Notes under the pieces: generated by a model
Database searches by the model: none
What the model saw: the letters and a program-made list of their open reading frames with translations, nothing else
What the model was told of the DNA's origin: nothing
Part shown: positions 21,270 through 31,588 of the stretch, piece after piece
Layout of the letters: every line of letters starts with the position of its first letter
How positions within the stretch are numbered: the stretch's first letter is position 1
NCBI GenBank assembly: GCA_963664115.2
Contig: CAXWPJ010000009.1
Location: 288,001 to 352,000, forward strand
Length of the DNA: 64,000 nt
Origin: Terriglobia bacterium
GTDB taxonomy: Bacteria > Acidobacteriota > Terriglobia > 20CM-2-55-15
Direction: 5' to 3'
Made by a program: the position numbers and the translations under genes

Positions 21270-22253
21270 ATGGAACGTGAACGCCTCGAACAATTACTGC
21301 AGGACTTCCCGAACAAGAAGATCGTAGTCGTGGGTGACATCATGCTCGACGAGTTCACCTGGGGGGAGGTCAAGAGAATCTCTCCGGAGGCGCCCGTACC
21401 CGTGGTCGAAGTCATCAAAGAAACCCAACAGTTGGGAGGCTCGGCCAACGTCGTGGCGAACATAAAGGCACTCGGCGGTCACCCGATTACGATCGCCGTC
21501 ACAGGTCGGGACGCTGCGGCCGAACGCCTGCAGGTGTTGTATCGCGGTCTTGAGATCGATTCGAGTTATCTGGTCGCCGACAATCGGCGGACGACGATCA
21601 AAACTCGCATCATTGCCCACAACCAGCAGGTTGTCAGGACGGACCGCGAGGACCGGACACCGCTGCCTTCAACGATCAGTCAAGAGCTTGCGAAACATTT
21701 CCTGGACGTCCTGCCTCGATGTGACGCAGTCATCGTTTCCGACTACGACAAAGGAGTCGTCAACCCGGAACTGCTCGCTGCGATCCTACCGGAGGCCGAG
21801 CGGGCCGGCGTTCCGGTCTTTCTCGACCCCAAGGTTCATCATGCCGACTACTACAAGCCGACGACTTTGGTCACTCCGAACCAGAGGGAGGCCGAGCTTC
21901 TATGCGGCAAGCGAATTTTCGACACAGCAAGCCTTGAGGAAGCCGGCCGCCTGCTGCTCGACCGATTCGAATGCCCGTACATCCTGATCACCCGTGGGTG
22001 GGAAGGCATGTCACTGTTTGAGGAGAAGGCGATCCATCATTTACCGGCGGCTGCTCGGGAAGTCTTTGACGTCAGTGGCGCGGGCGACACGGTCATAGCC
22101 GCCCTGACAATGGCGGCTTCGTGCGGAGCTTCAATGGACGATGCCGCTCGTATTGCGAACGCGGCGGGCGGCATCGTCGTCGGTAAAGTCGGCACGGCAA
22201 CGTTGACTCCACGAGAGCTCATCGAGCGCGTCCATTCCGACACCGCGAATTAA
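21270..22253 (+). CDS. rfaE1: D-glycero-beta-D-manno-heptose-7-phosphate kinase (HldE/RfaE domain I)
   Basis: VVGDIMLDE..RISPEAPVPV and FDVSGAGDTV PfkB motifs; start ATG 21270. Confidence 0.9.
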   Translation: MERERLEQLLQDFPNKKIVVVGDIMLDEFTWGEVKRISPEAPVPVVEVIKETQQLGGSANVVANIKALGGHPITIAVTGRDAAAERLQVLYRGLEIDSSYLVADNRRTTIKTRIIAHNQQVVRTDREDRTPLPSTISQELAKHFLDVLPRCDAVIVSDYDKGVVNPELLAAILPEAERAGVPVFLDPKVHHADYYKPTTLVTPNQREAELLCGKRIFDTASLEEAGRLLLDRFECPYILITRGWEGMSLFEEKAIHHLPAAAREVFDVSGAGDTVIAALTMAASCGASMDDAARIANAAGGIVVGKVGTATLTPRELIERVHSDTAN

Positions 22254-23012
22254 CTACAGCCCTTCGACCCCGTGTCTTCTGGCAAGTCTGTACTTCAATC
22301 GAACTTCGTGCGCGGTGATTTGCGCAATCCGGTAGCCTGCAGCACCGTCGAGAAATCCCAACTTCCAGAGGTACATCTTTAGGAAACGCAGTCCTGGGCT
22401 GAACCTGGAACGCCACCACAGTCCCGACTGAGAGGCGCTGCGGATTTTTTCCGCGCCGAGTCTCGCGTATGTCTCTGCACGGTCTCTATGTTCCTGAACT
22501 GTGTAGTAGGAATAGTGGTGTATATCGCCCCTCAACCAGGTCACCCCAGGATCGCCTTGGAACTTCAACCCTTCGTGGACAGGGTCATCCGTCCAAGTCG
22601 TGATCGCCGCGGGAAAGAGACGGATTTTCCGGTTGGGATACCATCCCCCGTGCCGAATCCACTGCCCACAATAACTTGCTAGACGGGAAAACTCGTAGAC
22701 GCCATCGAGACCTGCATCTCGTCTCTCGACGATCGAAGCCCGAAGTTCATCCGACAAAGCTTCGTCGGCATCCAGTGACAAAATATGGCTATGAGTCGCC
22801 TGAGAAATACCGAAATTCTTCTGGCCGCCATATCCTTCCCAGGTGTGGGTAATCACCCTCGCTCCTTTTGCTTCCGCAATCTCACAGGTCCTGTCATGGG
22901 AGCCCGCGTCGATGACCATTACCTCGGCTGCAACGCCAACGAGAGAATCCAGGCAACGCCCGATGTTTTTTTCTTCGTTGAGTGTTATGACGACGGCAGT
23001 GATGGGTGTCAT
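22254..23012 (-). CDS. Glycosyltransferase family 2 (KdtX/WaaE-like)
   Basis: VITLNEEKNI, LSLDADE, GGWYP, LGFLDG motifs. Confidence 0.9.
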   Translation of the reverse strand: MTPITAVVITLNEEKNIGRCLDSLVGVAAEVMVIDAGSHDRTCEIAEAKGARVITHTWEGYGGQKNFGISQATHSHILSLDADEALSDELRASIVERRDAGLDGVYEFSRLASYCGQWIRHGGWYPNRKIRLFPAAITTWTDDPVHEGLKFQGDPGVTWLRGDIHHYSYYTVQEHRDRAETYARLGAEKIRSASQSGLWWRSRFSPGLRFLKMYLWKLGFLDGAAGYRIAQITAHEVRLKYRLARRHGVEGL

Positions 23013-23082
23013 GGATTGTTAAGCGACAGGATGCTTGCGGGACGGACACTAATTTGTGGAATTCCCTGGTCTCGTAGATCGA

Positions 23083-23535
23083 TTATCTTCTGCCAGAGTA
23101 CTTATTTTCGGGAGCAAACGAGAGCAGGAGGGTTTCTTTATCTACAAGGATAGCAATGGGAAACCCACTGTTGACGGTTGCATAAACAGTAACCGAGGAG
23201 CCCCTGTTGTTGGAATCGATCACATCGAAATTTTCCAGCCCCGTTGTATAGAAACCATCGTCGCCCCAGTCTTCGAGGAAGTCTTCCAAATCATAGCGCT
23301 CGTCGCCATCCCACATGGCGTAGGCATCCTCAAACTGATCGGCCTCAATGGCTTTAAGAAAGGCCGAGACCCTCGATTCCTCTCGGTAGTTGATAAACCT
23401 GTACAGGCCTCCACCAATCACCAAAAGCGTCAGGAGCAGTGCGACGGGAACCTTGAGTCTATCCTTGAGCGCGCGTGCTTTCCGAGGTTCCGGGTGATCG
23501 TCATAGAGGAGACTGCCGATGAGTTTTTCAGCCAT
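23083..23535 (-). CDS. Hypothetical single-pass membrane protein
   Basis: 150-aa ORF with one TM segment, co-oriented with the upstream GT2. Confidence 0.65.
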   Translation of the reverse strand: MAEKLIGSLLYDDHPEPRKARALKDRLKVPVALLLTLLVIGGGLYRFINYREESRVSAFLKAIEADQFEDAYAMWDGDERYDLEDFLEDWGDDGFYTTGLENFDVIDSNNRGSSVTVYATVNSGFPIAILVDKETLLLSFAPENKYSGRR

Positions 23536-23544
23536 GTCTGTACG

Positions 23545-24489
23545 TTATTCTACCGGAAACCATTGCTCCAATTCGGCGGGACTCACCCGAACACGGGACT
23601 GAATGATTCGTCGCTTTTCCCAGAGTCGGGGAAACTGTCCTATCACGTACAGCAATCCGGGAATCGACGACCACTCGTTCAGCAACACATATCCCACGAC
23701 TGCGAGATCACGAGCCGTGATTGACCAGAAGTACTTCCGGTACAGGCCGGGCGTCATGTTGTTGATCCTGAGGATGAATCTGTTCTTCACCGAGTGCATG
23801 TTGATGGTCGGCGAAAGATGGGACCGCGCCTCAGGCGTCACACGGCGTCGATGACGGGCGATCGCCCTGGGAACGTACTGCGATTCCCAGCCCATCAAAC
23901 AGCAGCGCCAAGCCAGATCGGCGTCTTCCCGATAGGCGAAAAAGTCTTCGTCAAAAAAATCTCCTTCGATCGCAACATCTTCCAGACATGCATACCGGTA
24001 CATTGCGGCCGCGCCGCTGGCTCCGAAGACAGGGCCGGGGCTCTCATACTGCCCCGTGTCCGACTCCCCCGCACCGCGGTCCAGATGCCTTTGGTTCGCA
24101 GTCATCGTGATACCCGTCGAGTCCAGGGTGACACCATCCATCCGGAGAAGCTTTCCGGTCGCCGATCCCACTCGCGGCGCGTTTTCCAGTGCCCGAACCA
24201 GTTCCTCTACGAAAGTCGGTTCCAGAATCGTATCGGGATTGAGAAACAGGACGTAAGGTGCAGGAAAATCGCGGGCCAAGCGGTTGTGTCCGGCGGCAAA
24301 ACCCACGTTCGTTTCCGAACGAACGATGTCGACATCGAAGTCTTTCAGCAAGTCGATGGAATCGTCTTCAGAGGCATTGTCGAGGGCTCGCACGCGGATA
24401 TCTCCGTAAGTCTGACGTGCCACGCTCTCGAGACATTGCCCGATGTCAGACGCGCTATTGAAAGTAACAATTTGAACGGAGACGTTCAT
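23545..24489 (-). CDS. Glycosyltransferase family 2
   Basis: IVTFNS, GFAAGHN, FLNPD, FFAYREDADLAWR. Confidence 0.9.
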   Translation of the reverse strand: MNVSVQIVTFNSASDIGQCLESVARQTYGDIRVRALDNASEDDSIDLLKDFDVDIVRSETNVGFAAGHNRLARDFPAPYVLFLNPDTILEPTFVEELVRALENAPRVGSATGKLLRMDGVTLDSTGITMTANQRHLDRGAGESDTGQYESPGPVFGASGAAAMYRYACLEDVAIEGDFFDEDFFAYREDADLAWRCCLMGWESQYVPRAIARHRRRVTPEARSHLSPTINMHSVKNRFILRINNMTPGLYRKYFWSITARDLAVVGYVLLNEWSSIPGLLYVIGQFPRLWEKRRIIQSRVRVSPAELEQWFPVE

Positions 24490-24680
24490 CGCTCGGAAGG
24501 AATCACCCCTTCACCTGACAGGCGGGTCGCCCAGATTCGTTGATTCGACGAAATGGAACGTAGGTGTCGAGGGACACAGGGCACGGCACCCGATTTGATT
24601 CGAACTGATTGAATCTATTTCCGCATGTCTAACTTTCCGGGAAAAAGCCGACGCTTCGGAACCGGTCATTCCAGTCATCT

Positions 24681-25733
24681 TCATCCCTCGCCGGAGACGA
24701 ACGTGCGATCGCGGTTCGTGTAGTGGGTGTTGTAGTACGCCAGATAGGACTCGTCTTTCACCTCCCGAAGCCAGTCCTGATGGGATCGGTACCATTCGAT
24801 TGTAGCCGCGATTCCCGATCTAAAATCGGTCTCGGCGGACCAACCCCACTCGGCTTCGATTTTTGAACAATCGATGGAGTATCGATGATCGTGGGCTGGA
24901 CGGTCTGTGACGAATTCAATTAGAGACTCGGGACGCCCCATCACTCCAAGCACCTGTCGTACCAGGTCGATATTGGCAACTTCTTCACCGCCGCCAATGT
25001 TATACACCTCTCCATCCCTGCCGCGGGTGATCGCTGCCCAAACACCCCGGGAATGATCGTCGACGTAAATCCATTCGCGGCGATTCAGCCCTTCGCCATA
25101 AACTGGAATTGGCGTTTCATCCATTGCGTTGGTAATCATCAACGGAATGAATTTTTCCGGAAATTGATAAGGCCCGTAGTTGTTGGAACACCGGGTGACA
25201 ATAGCCGGAAACCCGTGCGTCCTGGCCTGGCTTAATACGATGAGGTCCGCAGCTGCCTTCGTCGCCGAATAGGGGTTGGTCGGATTGATCGGGGTGTCTT
25301 CTCGAAAGCGGCCTGCGGGCCCGAGGCTGCCGTAAACTTCGTCCGTCGATATCTGAACGTAACGCGACACGCCGTATTTGCGTGAGGTATCGATCAGGCA
25401 CTGGGTCCCGACAACATTCGATCGTACGAATGGAGCCGCGTCTAGAATCGACCGGTCCACATGCGTTTCCGCGGCGAAATTCACAACAACGTCAACCCTG
25501 TTCTGATCGAAGACTCTCCGGAGTTGCTCTTCGCCGGCAATATCTCCGCGCACGAACGCGTAACGATCGTCGGAGGCCACTTCCTCGTTGTTTCTGAGAT
25601 TACCGGCGTAGGTCAAGAGGTCGTAGTTGATAACCCGGACATCGGTTTCGGCGCCGAGGACATAACGAATGAAGTTCGATCCGATGAATCCGGATCCGCC
25701 CGTCACGAGAATTGTCTGAGGGCTGTCTCCCAT
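24681..25733 (-). CDS. rfbB: dTDP-glucose 4,6-dehydratase
   Basis: VTGGSGFIGSNF, AAETHVDRSI, STDEVYG, PYSATK. Confidence 0.95.
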   Translation of the reverse strand: MGDSPQTILVTGGSGFIGSNFIRYVLGAETDVRVINYDLLTYAGNLRNNEEVASDDRYAFVRGDIAGEEQLRRVFDQNRVDVVVNFAAETHVDRSILDAAPFVRSNVVGTQCLIDTSRKYGVSRYVQISTDEVYGSLGPAGRFREDTPINPTNPYSATKAAADLIVLSQARTHGFPAIVTRCSNNYGPYQFPEKFIPLMITNAMDETPIPVYGEGLNRREWIYVDDHSRGVWAAITRGRDGEVYNIGGGEEVANIDLVRQVLGVMGRPESLIEFVTDRPAHDHRYSIDCSKIEAEWGWSAETDFRSGIAATIEWYRSHQDWLREVKDESYLAYYNTHYTNRDRTFVSGEG

Positions 25734-25743
25734 CTCTCTTGAA

Positions 25744-26526
25744 CTATCTCTCTATGAGCGCCAACGCCGATTTGCGTATGGTCTCCATGGAAATCTCGGT
25801 AGAAGAACCACCCCGCTGACCCGCTACAAGGATGTTCGTTCTCAGCAAGGAATCGAATGTCCCGGCGTCGGACCACCAGCCATCGACAATTTCGAAGCTC
25901 ATCTGGCCGGACTCGATATAGGCGTTATTGACGTCCGTGATCTCGAGCTCGCCCCGGCCGGATGGTTTGAGCGTCTTGATGATCTCAAAGACCCGGGCGT
26001 CATACATATAGATACCGGTGACGGCATAATTGGACTTTGGATCTGCAGGTTTCTCCTCGATGTTGACCACGCGGTCCCCTTCAAGAACCGCAACTCCGAA
26101 GCGCTGAGGGTTATCGACTTCCTTCAGGTGAACTCTCGCCCCACCGCCCAGGGCTGCGTACGCCTCGGCCGACTGTTTGAGACTCTTCTCGTATACGTTG
26201 TCTCCGAGAATGACGCAGACTGAATCTTTGTCCGCAAAATGCTCTGCGAGGGACAGCGCATCGGCGATGCCGCCCTCTCCCTCCTGGTAGGTATAATCCA
26301 GATGTTTGAGACCGAAGCCCTTGCCGTTACCCAACAGTTTGAGGAAATCTCCCGCGTTGTTGCCTCCGGTCACGATAAGGATTTCGTAGATACCGGCATC
26401 GACCAGGCTCTCGATGGGGTAATAGATCATCGGCCGATCGTAGATCGGTAGCAGGTGTTTGTTCGTAATCTTCGTTAGAGGATGGAGCCGGGTGCCGAGC
26501 CCACCCGCCAATACGATTCCCTTCAT
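25744..26526 (-). CDS. rfbA: Glucose-1-phosphate thymidylyltransferase (short SpsI-like form)
   Basis: MKGIVLAGGLGTRLHPLT..KHLLPIYD, RGELEITD, WSDAGT. Confidence 0.9.
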   Translation of the reverse strand: MKGIVLAGGLGTRLHPLTKITNKHLLPIYDRPMIYYPIESLVDAGIYEILIVTGGNNAGDFLKLLGNGKGFGLKHLDYTYQEGEGGIADALSLAEHFADKDSVCVILGDNVYEKSLKQSAEAYAALGGGARVHLKEVDNPQRFGVAVLEGDRVVNIEEKPADPKSNYAVTGIYMYDARVFEIIKTLKPSGRGELEITDVNNAYIESGQMSFEIVDGWWSDAGTFDSLLRTNILVAGQRGGSSTEISMETIRKSALALIER

Positions 26527-26621
26527 ATGACCTTCCGTTTCAGCTGCCCGTGGCGGCGAAGAATCGGGATTTTTGCTCTTTTCATACTCGTGGCGCTACC
26601 ACGTCTGCACAACCTTGCTCT

Positions 26622-28040
26622 TCACTGATTGAAAAAGCTTTGGAAACCTTTGTGCAACTCCCAAAGGTCCACCTTGGAAGACACTTCCAGGGGAGAGTGC
26701 ATGCTGACGATGCCAATGCCAACGTCGATGACATCCATGTTCTGACCCGCAAACCAGGCCGCAATCGTCCCGCCGCCGTAACCGGCATCATAGGAGTGAG
26801 TTTGCCACCGAACGCCGGACCCGTCGAGCACCCCTCGAATCTTGGCGAAGAACTCTGAGTTGGCTTCCCGTCCTGCGCCGTACTCCTTCACCACCAGACC
26901 GTAGCCCAGCCGGGACGTTAACTCTTCGTTCTGGGGGCCAGGAAACAAGGGATTCAACGCGGTCGTGGTGTCGCTGACCATCACCTCGGTGTTGGCGTAG
27001 GCGTGACGCAACAGCAGATCGTTGAACTCTCCCGACTGCGAAGCGATTATCTCGGAAACAAGTGTCGTAAACCACGCGGAATTGACTCCCGTATTCCAGG
27101 ACGCGGTCTCTTCGTTGTTTACCGCGTATGCAACCACCGTGTAGCGTGGTGTCCCGATTTCAGCAATCGACCGCAGGCTGACATATGCGGTCGCTCGATC
27201 GTCCTGTCCGTACGCGGCAACCAGCGCCCGGTCGAGTCCGACGTCTCTCGGCACCGTTGCGGGGACGATCTGAATGTCGGCTGAGAGGAAATCTCTGGCG
27301 TCGATCCCGTAATCGTCCGCAAGCAGGGCAAGCAGACGGGCCGTCGCATCTTCGTGGCCACTATCCGGGTCAGGAGGCAGAGAAGCAATGATGGGCTCCA
27401 GTTCTTCACTACGGAGCACCTCGCGCTGCGTCCTGTCCCGGTAGTCCGCATCAACGTGGGGGGCGAGATCTGTTATCAGGAGAATAGGGTCATCCGCTTG
27501 CGTTCCCACCTCGATCCAGAGGGTCGTTCCGTCTGGCTTGTCCACCCGCCCGATCATGGCCAGTGGAACGTTCGCCCACTGGTAGTTCTTGATTCCACCA
27601 TGCACCTGAGTATCGACGGTAACGATTCCACTCCGCTCACGCAGTGGGCGGGTCTTGAACTCGATCCTCGGCGAATCAATATGCGTGTTGACGATTCGCA
27701 GCCCTTGATCCAGCGGTTCTGAACCGATAACAAACAACACCAACGTGCGGTCTCGATTCACCGCGTACCACCGGGAACCGGGAATCAAAGCAGCAGCGGT
27801 GACGTTTCCAGACCAGGCCCTGAAATCTTCCGATTCCGCAAACTCGACACCCTCACGGACAAACCACATCTCGCTCTTCGCTCGACCTATAAAGTCCTTG
27901 AAGTCTTCCCCGAAGGCCATAACGTCGGACCGCTCCTGCGCGTTCAGTTCGGGCCATACAGGGCCGAATCCGAAATCCTGGCCGCTGGCGGGAACCGTAA
28001 ACAGAAGCGCCATTGCAAAACCGATCAACTGGGATTTCAT
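26622..28040 (-). CDS. Secreted M18 family aminopeptidase
   Basis: Signal peptide; THIDSPR, YGQDDR, NNEET, GGGTIA, SMHSP. Confidence 0.88.
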   Translation of the reverse strand: MKSQLIGFAMALLFTVPASGQDFGFGPVWPELNAQERSDVMAFGEDFKDFIGRAKSEMWFVREGVEFAESEDFRAWSGNVTAAALIPGSRWYAVNRDRTLVLFVIGSEPLDQGLRIVNTHIDSPRIEFKTRPLRERSGIVTVDTQVHGGIKNYQWANVPLAMIGRVDKPDGTTLWIEVGTQADDPILLITDLAPHVDADYRDRTQREVLRSEELEPIIASLPPDPDSGHEDATARLLALLADDYGIDARDFLSADIQIVPATVPRDVGLDRALVAAYGQDDRATAYVSLRSIAEIGTPRYTVVAYAVNNEETASWNTGVNSAWFTTLVSEIIASQSGEFNDLLLRHAYANTEVMVSDTTTALNPLFPGPQNEELTSRLGYGLVVKEYGAGREANSEFFAKIRGVLDGSGVRWQTHSYDAGYGGGTIAAWFAGQNMDVIDVGIGIVSMHSPLEVSSKVDLWELHKGFQSFFNQ

Positions 28041-28120
28041 AGTTTTACTCCGCAGTTTCCAGTGGTAGGTAAAGTGGAAGCAAATTGTATCGCACTATCA
28101 AAAATGGCTGTCCCCTTTTG

Positions 28121-29227
28121 CTATGCGTTCCGGATACCCGTTGCCATCATCTCTTCAAACAGATCTTCGTATTGACGGGTGACTTTTCCCCACGAATACT
28201 GCGTCTGAACTCGCGACCGCGTTCGCCTGCGGTAACGGGCGACGCAGTCCGGATCTGCCAACACCTGTTGTAGCAACTCCGTGAGGTCTGTTGCATCGTT
28301 GAAATAGAGACCCGTGGAATCGAGAACTTCACGATGTTCGGGATTGTCCTTGGCCAGAACGCAGTTACCGGCTCCCATCGCTTCGAGGAGGGCCGGATGG
28401 GTACCACCCACTTCAGTCGCCTGGAAATACAGGTACGCATGAGACCTCAATTCCAGGCAGCCGTCTCCGTATATGGCTCCGGTAAACTCCACACGGGAGT
28501 CGGCCATCGACTTCAATTGCCGGATATAGCCCGCGGCATATGGGGCGTCGCCGACGATAACGAGGGGCATCGAAGTCTCCACCCTCCCGTAAGCTTCGAT
28601 AACCAGGTGGGCGTTGTTCTCTAGTTCCAATCGGCTCACGTAGAGGAGGAAGTTCCGGCTTTTGAGGCCGAGAGCTTCGATGAACTCCGTACTCTCTTGT
28701 CGGCGGCAATCCGCTCCGTAGGCGATCATCACCGACGGCGTATCGTGGCGGTCCAGGAAGTAGTCCGCGATGATCCCGGCATCCGTAACGGCAACGGTGG
28801 GAAGCAAACTGGCCAGGTGCTCTGAGATTCTGTAAAATGTCCGGCCGGCGACGCCCCACTTTCCGCGTTTTCTCTCAATGCCGTCAACGTTGAGCGCTAC
28901 GGGAATTCCGCCCAGGCGGGGAACGATTGAGAAAACGGCGTTGGCGGCGTTACACATCAAAATGATGTCATAGTCGGCAAATAGGGCGTGGAAGACAGAG
29001 AGAAACGTGTGGGCCACGGTATCCAGATGCTTCGTGGGGATCGTTGGAAGAATCACGAGCCGGACGCCACGGTACACCCGGGACGTATGTCTCACGTTGT
29101 TGCTACGGCCATACACGGTGACTTGATGGCCCCGCTCGACCAGGCGTGTGGACAACTCTTCGGCGAAGGTTTCGAAACCCCCGTAGTTGGCTGGAATACC
29201 TCGGGTGCCGACTATAGCTATTTTCAT
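28121..29227 (-). CDS. Glycosyltransferase family 4 (DUF1972-containing)
   Basis: MKIAIVGTRGIPANYGGFETFAEEL and EVGGTHPALLEAM. Confidence 0.9.
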   Translation of the reverse strand: MKIAIVGTRGIPANYGGFETFAEELSTRLVERGHQVTVYGRSNNVRHTSRVYRGVRLVILPTIPTKHLDTVAHTFLSVFHALFADYDIILMCNAANAVFSIVPRLGGIPVALNVDGIERKRGKWGVAGRTFYRISEHLASLLPTVAVTDAGIIADYFLDRHDTPSVMIAYGADCRRQESTEFIEALGLKSRNFLLYVSRLELENNAHLVIEAYGRVETSMPLVIVGDAPYAAGYIRQLKSMADSRVEFTGAIYGDGCLELRSHAYLYFQATEVGGTHPALLEAMGAGNCVLAKDNPEHREVLDSTGLYFNDATDLTELLQQVLADPDCVARYRRRTRSRVQTQYSWGKVTRQYEDLFEEMMATGIRNA

Positions 29228-29431
29228 TAAGAGTCAGCGATTTCGATATGAAACTTTCCCCAGACCGCTTTCTTCAAGTCACCGAGACTTCTGCCACGGG
29301 CTGTTAGGGCCAGAAGCGGACGTTTGCTTGCATCTGACTACTTCAAAGATCTTTGGATAGCGCTACTCTGAGCGTGCCATTATAGCCGCAGCCCCACATC
29401 GGGCAAAAAGCGGGCAAGAAACGGATCAACA

Positions 29432-30583
29432 ATGAAGGACATCCTCCAGGAACTCGAAACGATCCTGCCGGACGGCGTTCGGCTTCTCGAACGCATAGTC
29501 AATCTGGAATCACCCAGCTACGACCGGGCACTGGTCAATCGACTCGTTCAGTTGCTGGCCGACGAATTCGGAAAGCTCGGCGCCGCAACCACTCGCATGC
29601 CCGAAGAAGATCGAGGCGACCACATGTTGATTCGTTTCCCAGGCGAAAGCGATACGCCAATCATGCTTCTGGGACATACCGACACGGTCTGGCCGAAAGG
29701 CACGCTGGTCGAACGTCCGTTCACGATAGACGGTGACATCGCGACCGGCCCCGGAGTATTCGACATGAAGGCCGGAATCGTAATGATGTGGATGGCCATG
29801 CGCACGCTCCTTCAAGTTCGGGGAAAGTTGACACATCCCATATCGATTCTCCTTATCAGCAATGAGGAAGTCGGGAGTCCAGGCTCCAGAGCGCTCGTCC
29901 GGAGTCAGGCCGCCGGGGTCGGTGCCGTGCTGGTGCTGGAGCCGCCATTGCCGGGCGGCACTCTGAAAACGACCCGCAATGGGATGGGACGTTTCGTCGT
30001 GAAGGCGGTGGGAAAGGCGGCTCATACCGGCATCAATCCTGAGGACGGAGTTAACGCTGTTGAAGAGATTGCCCACCAGATATTGCGTATCCGGGAACTC
30101 GGCGATGTCGGGAAAAAGACGACCGTAACAGTCGCCGTCGTCGAAGGTGGCACCCGTCCCAACGTCGTTCCCGAGGAATGCTTTGTGCAAGTTGATGCAC
30201 GCACCCCTAGCCAGGAGGAGGCAGAGCGGATCACCACAGCGATAAACTCACTCAAACCCGTTCTTGAGGGGGCACGGCTGGAAGTAGACGGTGCGTTTCG
30301 GCGGCCACCGCTCGAGCCTACGCCCGGGAATACGAAGCTTTTCGACTGTGCCCGAGAAATAGCTGGCGAGTTGGGTCGCGAACTCACAGGAGGTGCGACC
30401 GGGGGCACGTCCGACGGTAACTTGACCTCGGCCATGGGAGTGCCAACCCTCGATGGCCTGGGGGCCCTCGGACTGGGAGCGCATCAGCTCGAAGAGCGAG
30501 TTGAATTATCGTCCCTCCCCTGGCGAGCGGCATTAGTCGCCGGGCTGATCGAACGAATCGGGAAATACCGCGGCCTCCGGTAG
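29432..30583 (+). CDS. M20 family metallopeptidase (carboxypeptidase G2-like)
   Basis: GHTDTVW, GPGVFDMKAG, NEEVGS, SDGN, GAH; its stop codon lies inside the IS left inverted repeat. Confidence 0.92.
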   Translation: MKDILQELETILPDGVRLLERIVNLESPSYDRALVNRLVQLLADEFGKLGAATTRMPEEDRGDHMLIRFPGESDTPIMLLGHTDTVWPKGTLVERPFTIDGDIATGPGVFDMKAGIVMMWMAMRTLLQVRGKLTHPISILLISNEEVGSPGSRALVRSQAAGVGAVLVLEPPLPGGTLKTTRNGMGRFVVKAVGKAAHTGINPEDGVNAVEEIAHQILRIRELGDVGKKTTVTVAVVEGGTRPNVVPEECFVQVDARTPSQEEAERITTAINSLKPVLEGARLEVDGAFRRPPLEPTPGNTKLFDCAREIAGELGRELTGGATGGTSDGNLTSAMGVPTLDGLGALGLGAHQLEERVELSSLPWRAALVAGLIERIGKYRGLR

Positions 30584-30618
30584 TGTCCTAATAGTGGGTG
30601 GGTTTTGAATTTCGCTTC

Positions 30619-30978
30619 TTAGGATGCCGGTTTCGCGTTTTCTTCTTTAGGGGCGGCCGATTCTGTTTTGGCGGCATCAATAGCATCGATCTGTCTCTGA
30701 AGATAGCCGATTAGATTACGCGCCATTTGGTGTGGCATTGATACACCGACAAGAGGCCTAACTATAACGATGTCTTTATCTGATGGGTTGGGAACGAACT
30801 CGCCGAAGACTATTCTAAATTCTAAAGGATCATGCATCAGTCGCAAAACGCTGGCATGCTTATACTCAACGCTAGTGAACAGCTGATTTATGAGGCGGAA
30901 GTTACCCTCGGCTTCTTCCTTGCTCACCTCTTCCCTCGAAAAACGAATATCATTATCTGGCATGTAATATCGTTCCAT
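30619..30978 (-). CDS. DUF3467-like small protein (IS cargo)
   Basis: HASVLRLMHDPLEFRIVFGE...VGVSMPHQMARNLIGYL resembles the DUF3467 pattern by eye; start uncertain (30963, 30978 or 31026). Confidence 0.55.
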   Translation of the reverse strand: MERYYMPDNDIRFSREEVSKEEAEGNFRLINQLFTSVEYKHASVLRLMHDPLEFRIVFGEFVPNPSDKDIVIVRPLVGVSMPHQMARNLIGYLQRQIDAIDAAKTESAAPKEENAKPAS

Positions 30979-31588
30979 CCGTACCTGTCTCTTTGCCCCA
31001 GAGCGAAGATTTCGATGAACCTCCATGTGGCTCGTTCTGTGTCACAGAATCGGCGAGAAAAGTAATCTCTCCCGTCTGCTGAAATTCTTGAAGCACTGGT
31101 TCCTTTCCCGAACCTACAGCCACAGAAAGATGCGGAACCGCTTCCAGTGCGCCGCTAGTTCCAGCGGACGGCGCACCGGCGCTATTGGCAGCATATTCTT
31201 GCGACTCCTCAAGTCCTTGCCTATGAAATTCTGGATCTTCCGAGAAAGAAACTCTCTCAAAGCTAGCTGATCCCTGAACGCCAAGATCTGATTCAAGAGA
31301 GCCGAAATCTTCGAATGATACCCTCAGCCGTAAATCGAAAGCCTTAGCCAGCCTTTTCAGCGTGTTAATGCTCCAAGCTGAATAGTTGACGTCTTCAAGA
31401 ACGGAAATTCTGGGCTGCGCCATAGCCGAGAGATCTCCAAGCGCGGCCTGGGACAGATTCCTTTGCTCTCTTAAAACCTTAATCTGCATGGCGATCATTG
31501 AGTTTAAGTGTGCTTCTGCAAAGGCATGGCGATATTCATGGTCTTTCATATCGCTGTCGTGTCGCAATTCTTCAAAAATTTCATTCAT
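30953..31588 (-). CDS. XRE-family HTH protein, putative antitoxin with long C-terminal tail
   Basis: QIKVLREQRNLSQAALGDLSAMAQPRISVLE..TLKRLAKAFDL; 4-nt overlap with the upstream toxin-like gene. Confidence 0.82.
   Translation of the reverse strand: MNEIFEELRHDSDMKDHEYRHAFAEAHLNSMIAMQIKVLREQRNLSQAALGDLSAMAQPRISVLEDVNYSAWSINTLKRLAKAFDLRLRVSFEDFGSLESDLGVQGSASFERVSFSEDPEFHRQGLEESQEYAANSAGAPSAGTSGALEAVPHLSVAVGSGKEPVLQEFQQTGEITFLADSVTQNEPHGGSSKSSLWGKETGTDGTILHAR

Noticed and set aside
29286-29307. gacttctgccacgggctgttag resembling an IS terminus
   Set aside because: No partner IR, target duplication or transposase nearby; at most an isolated remnant.
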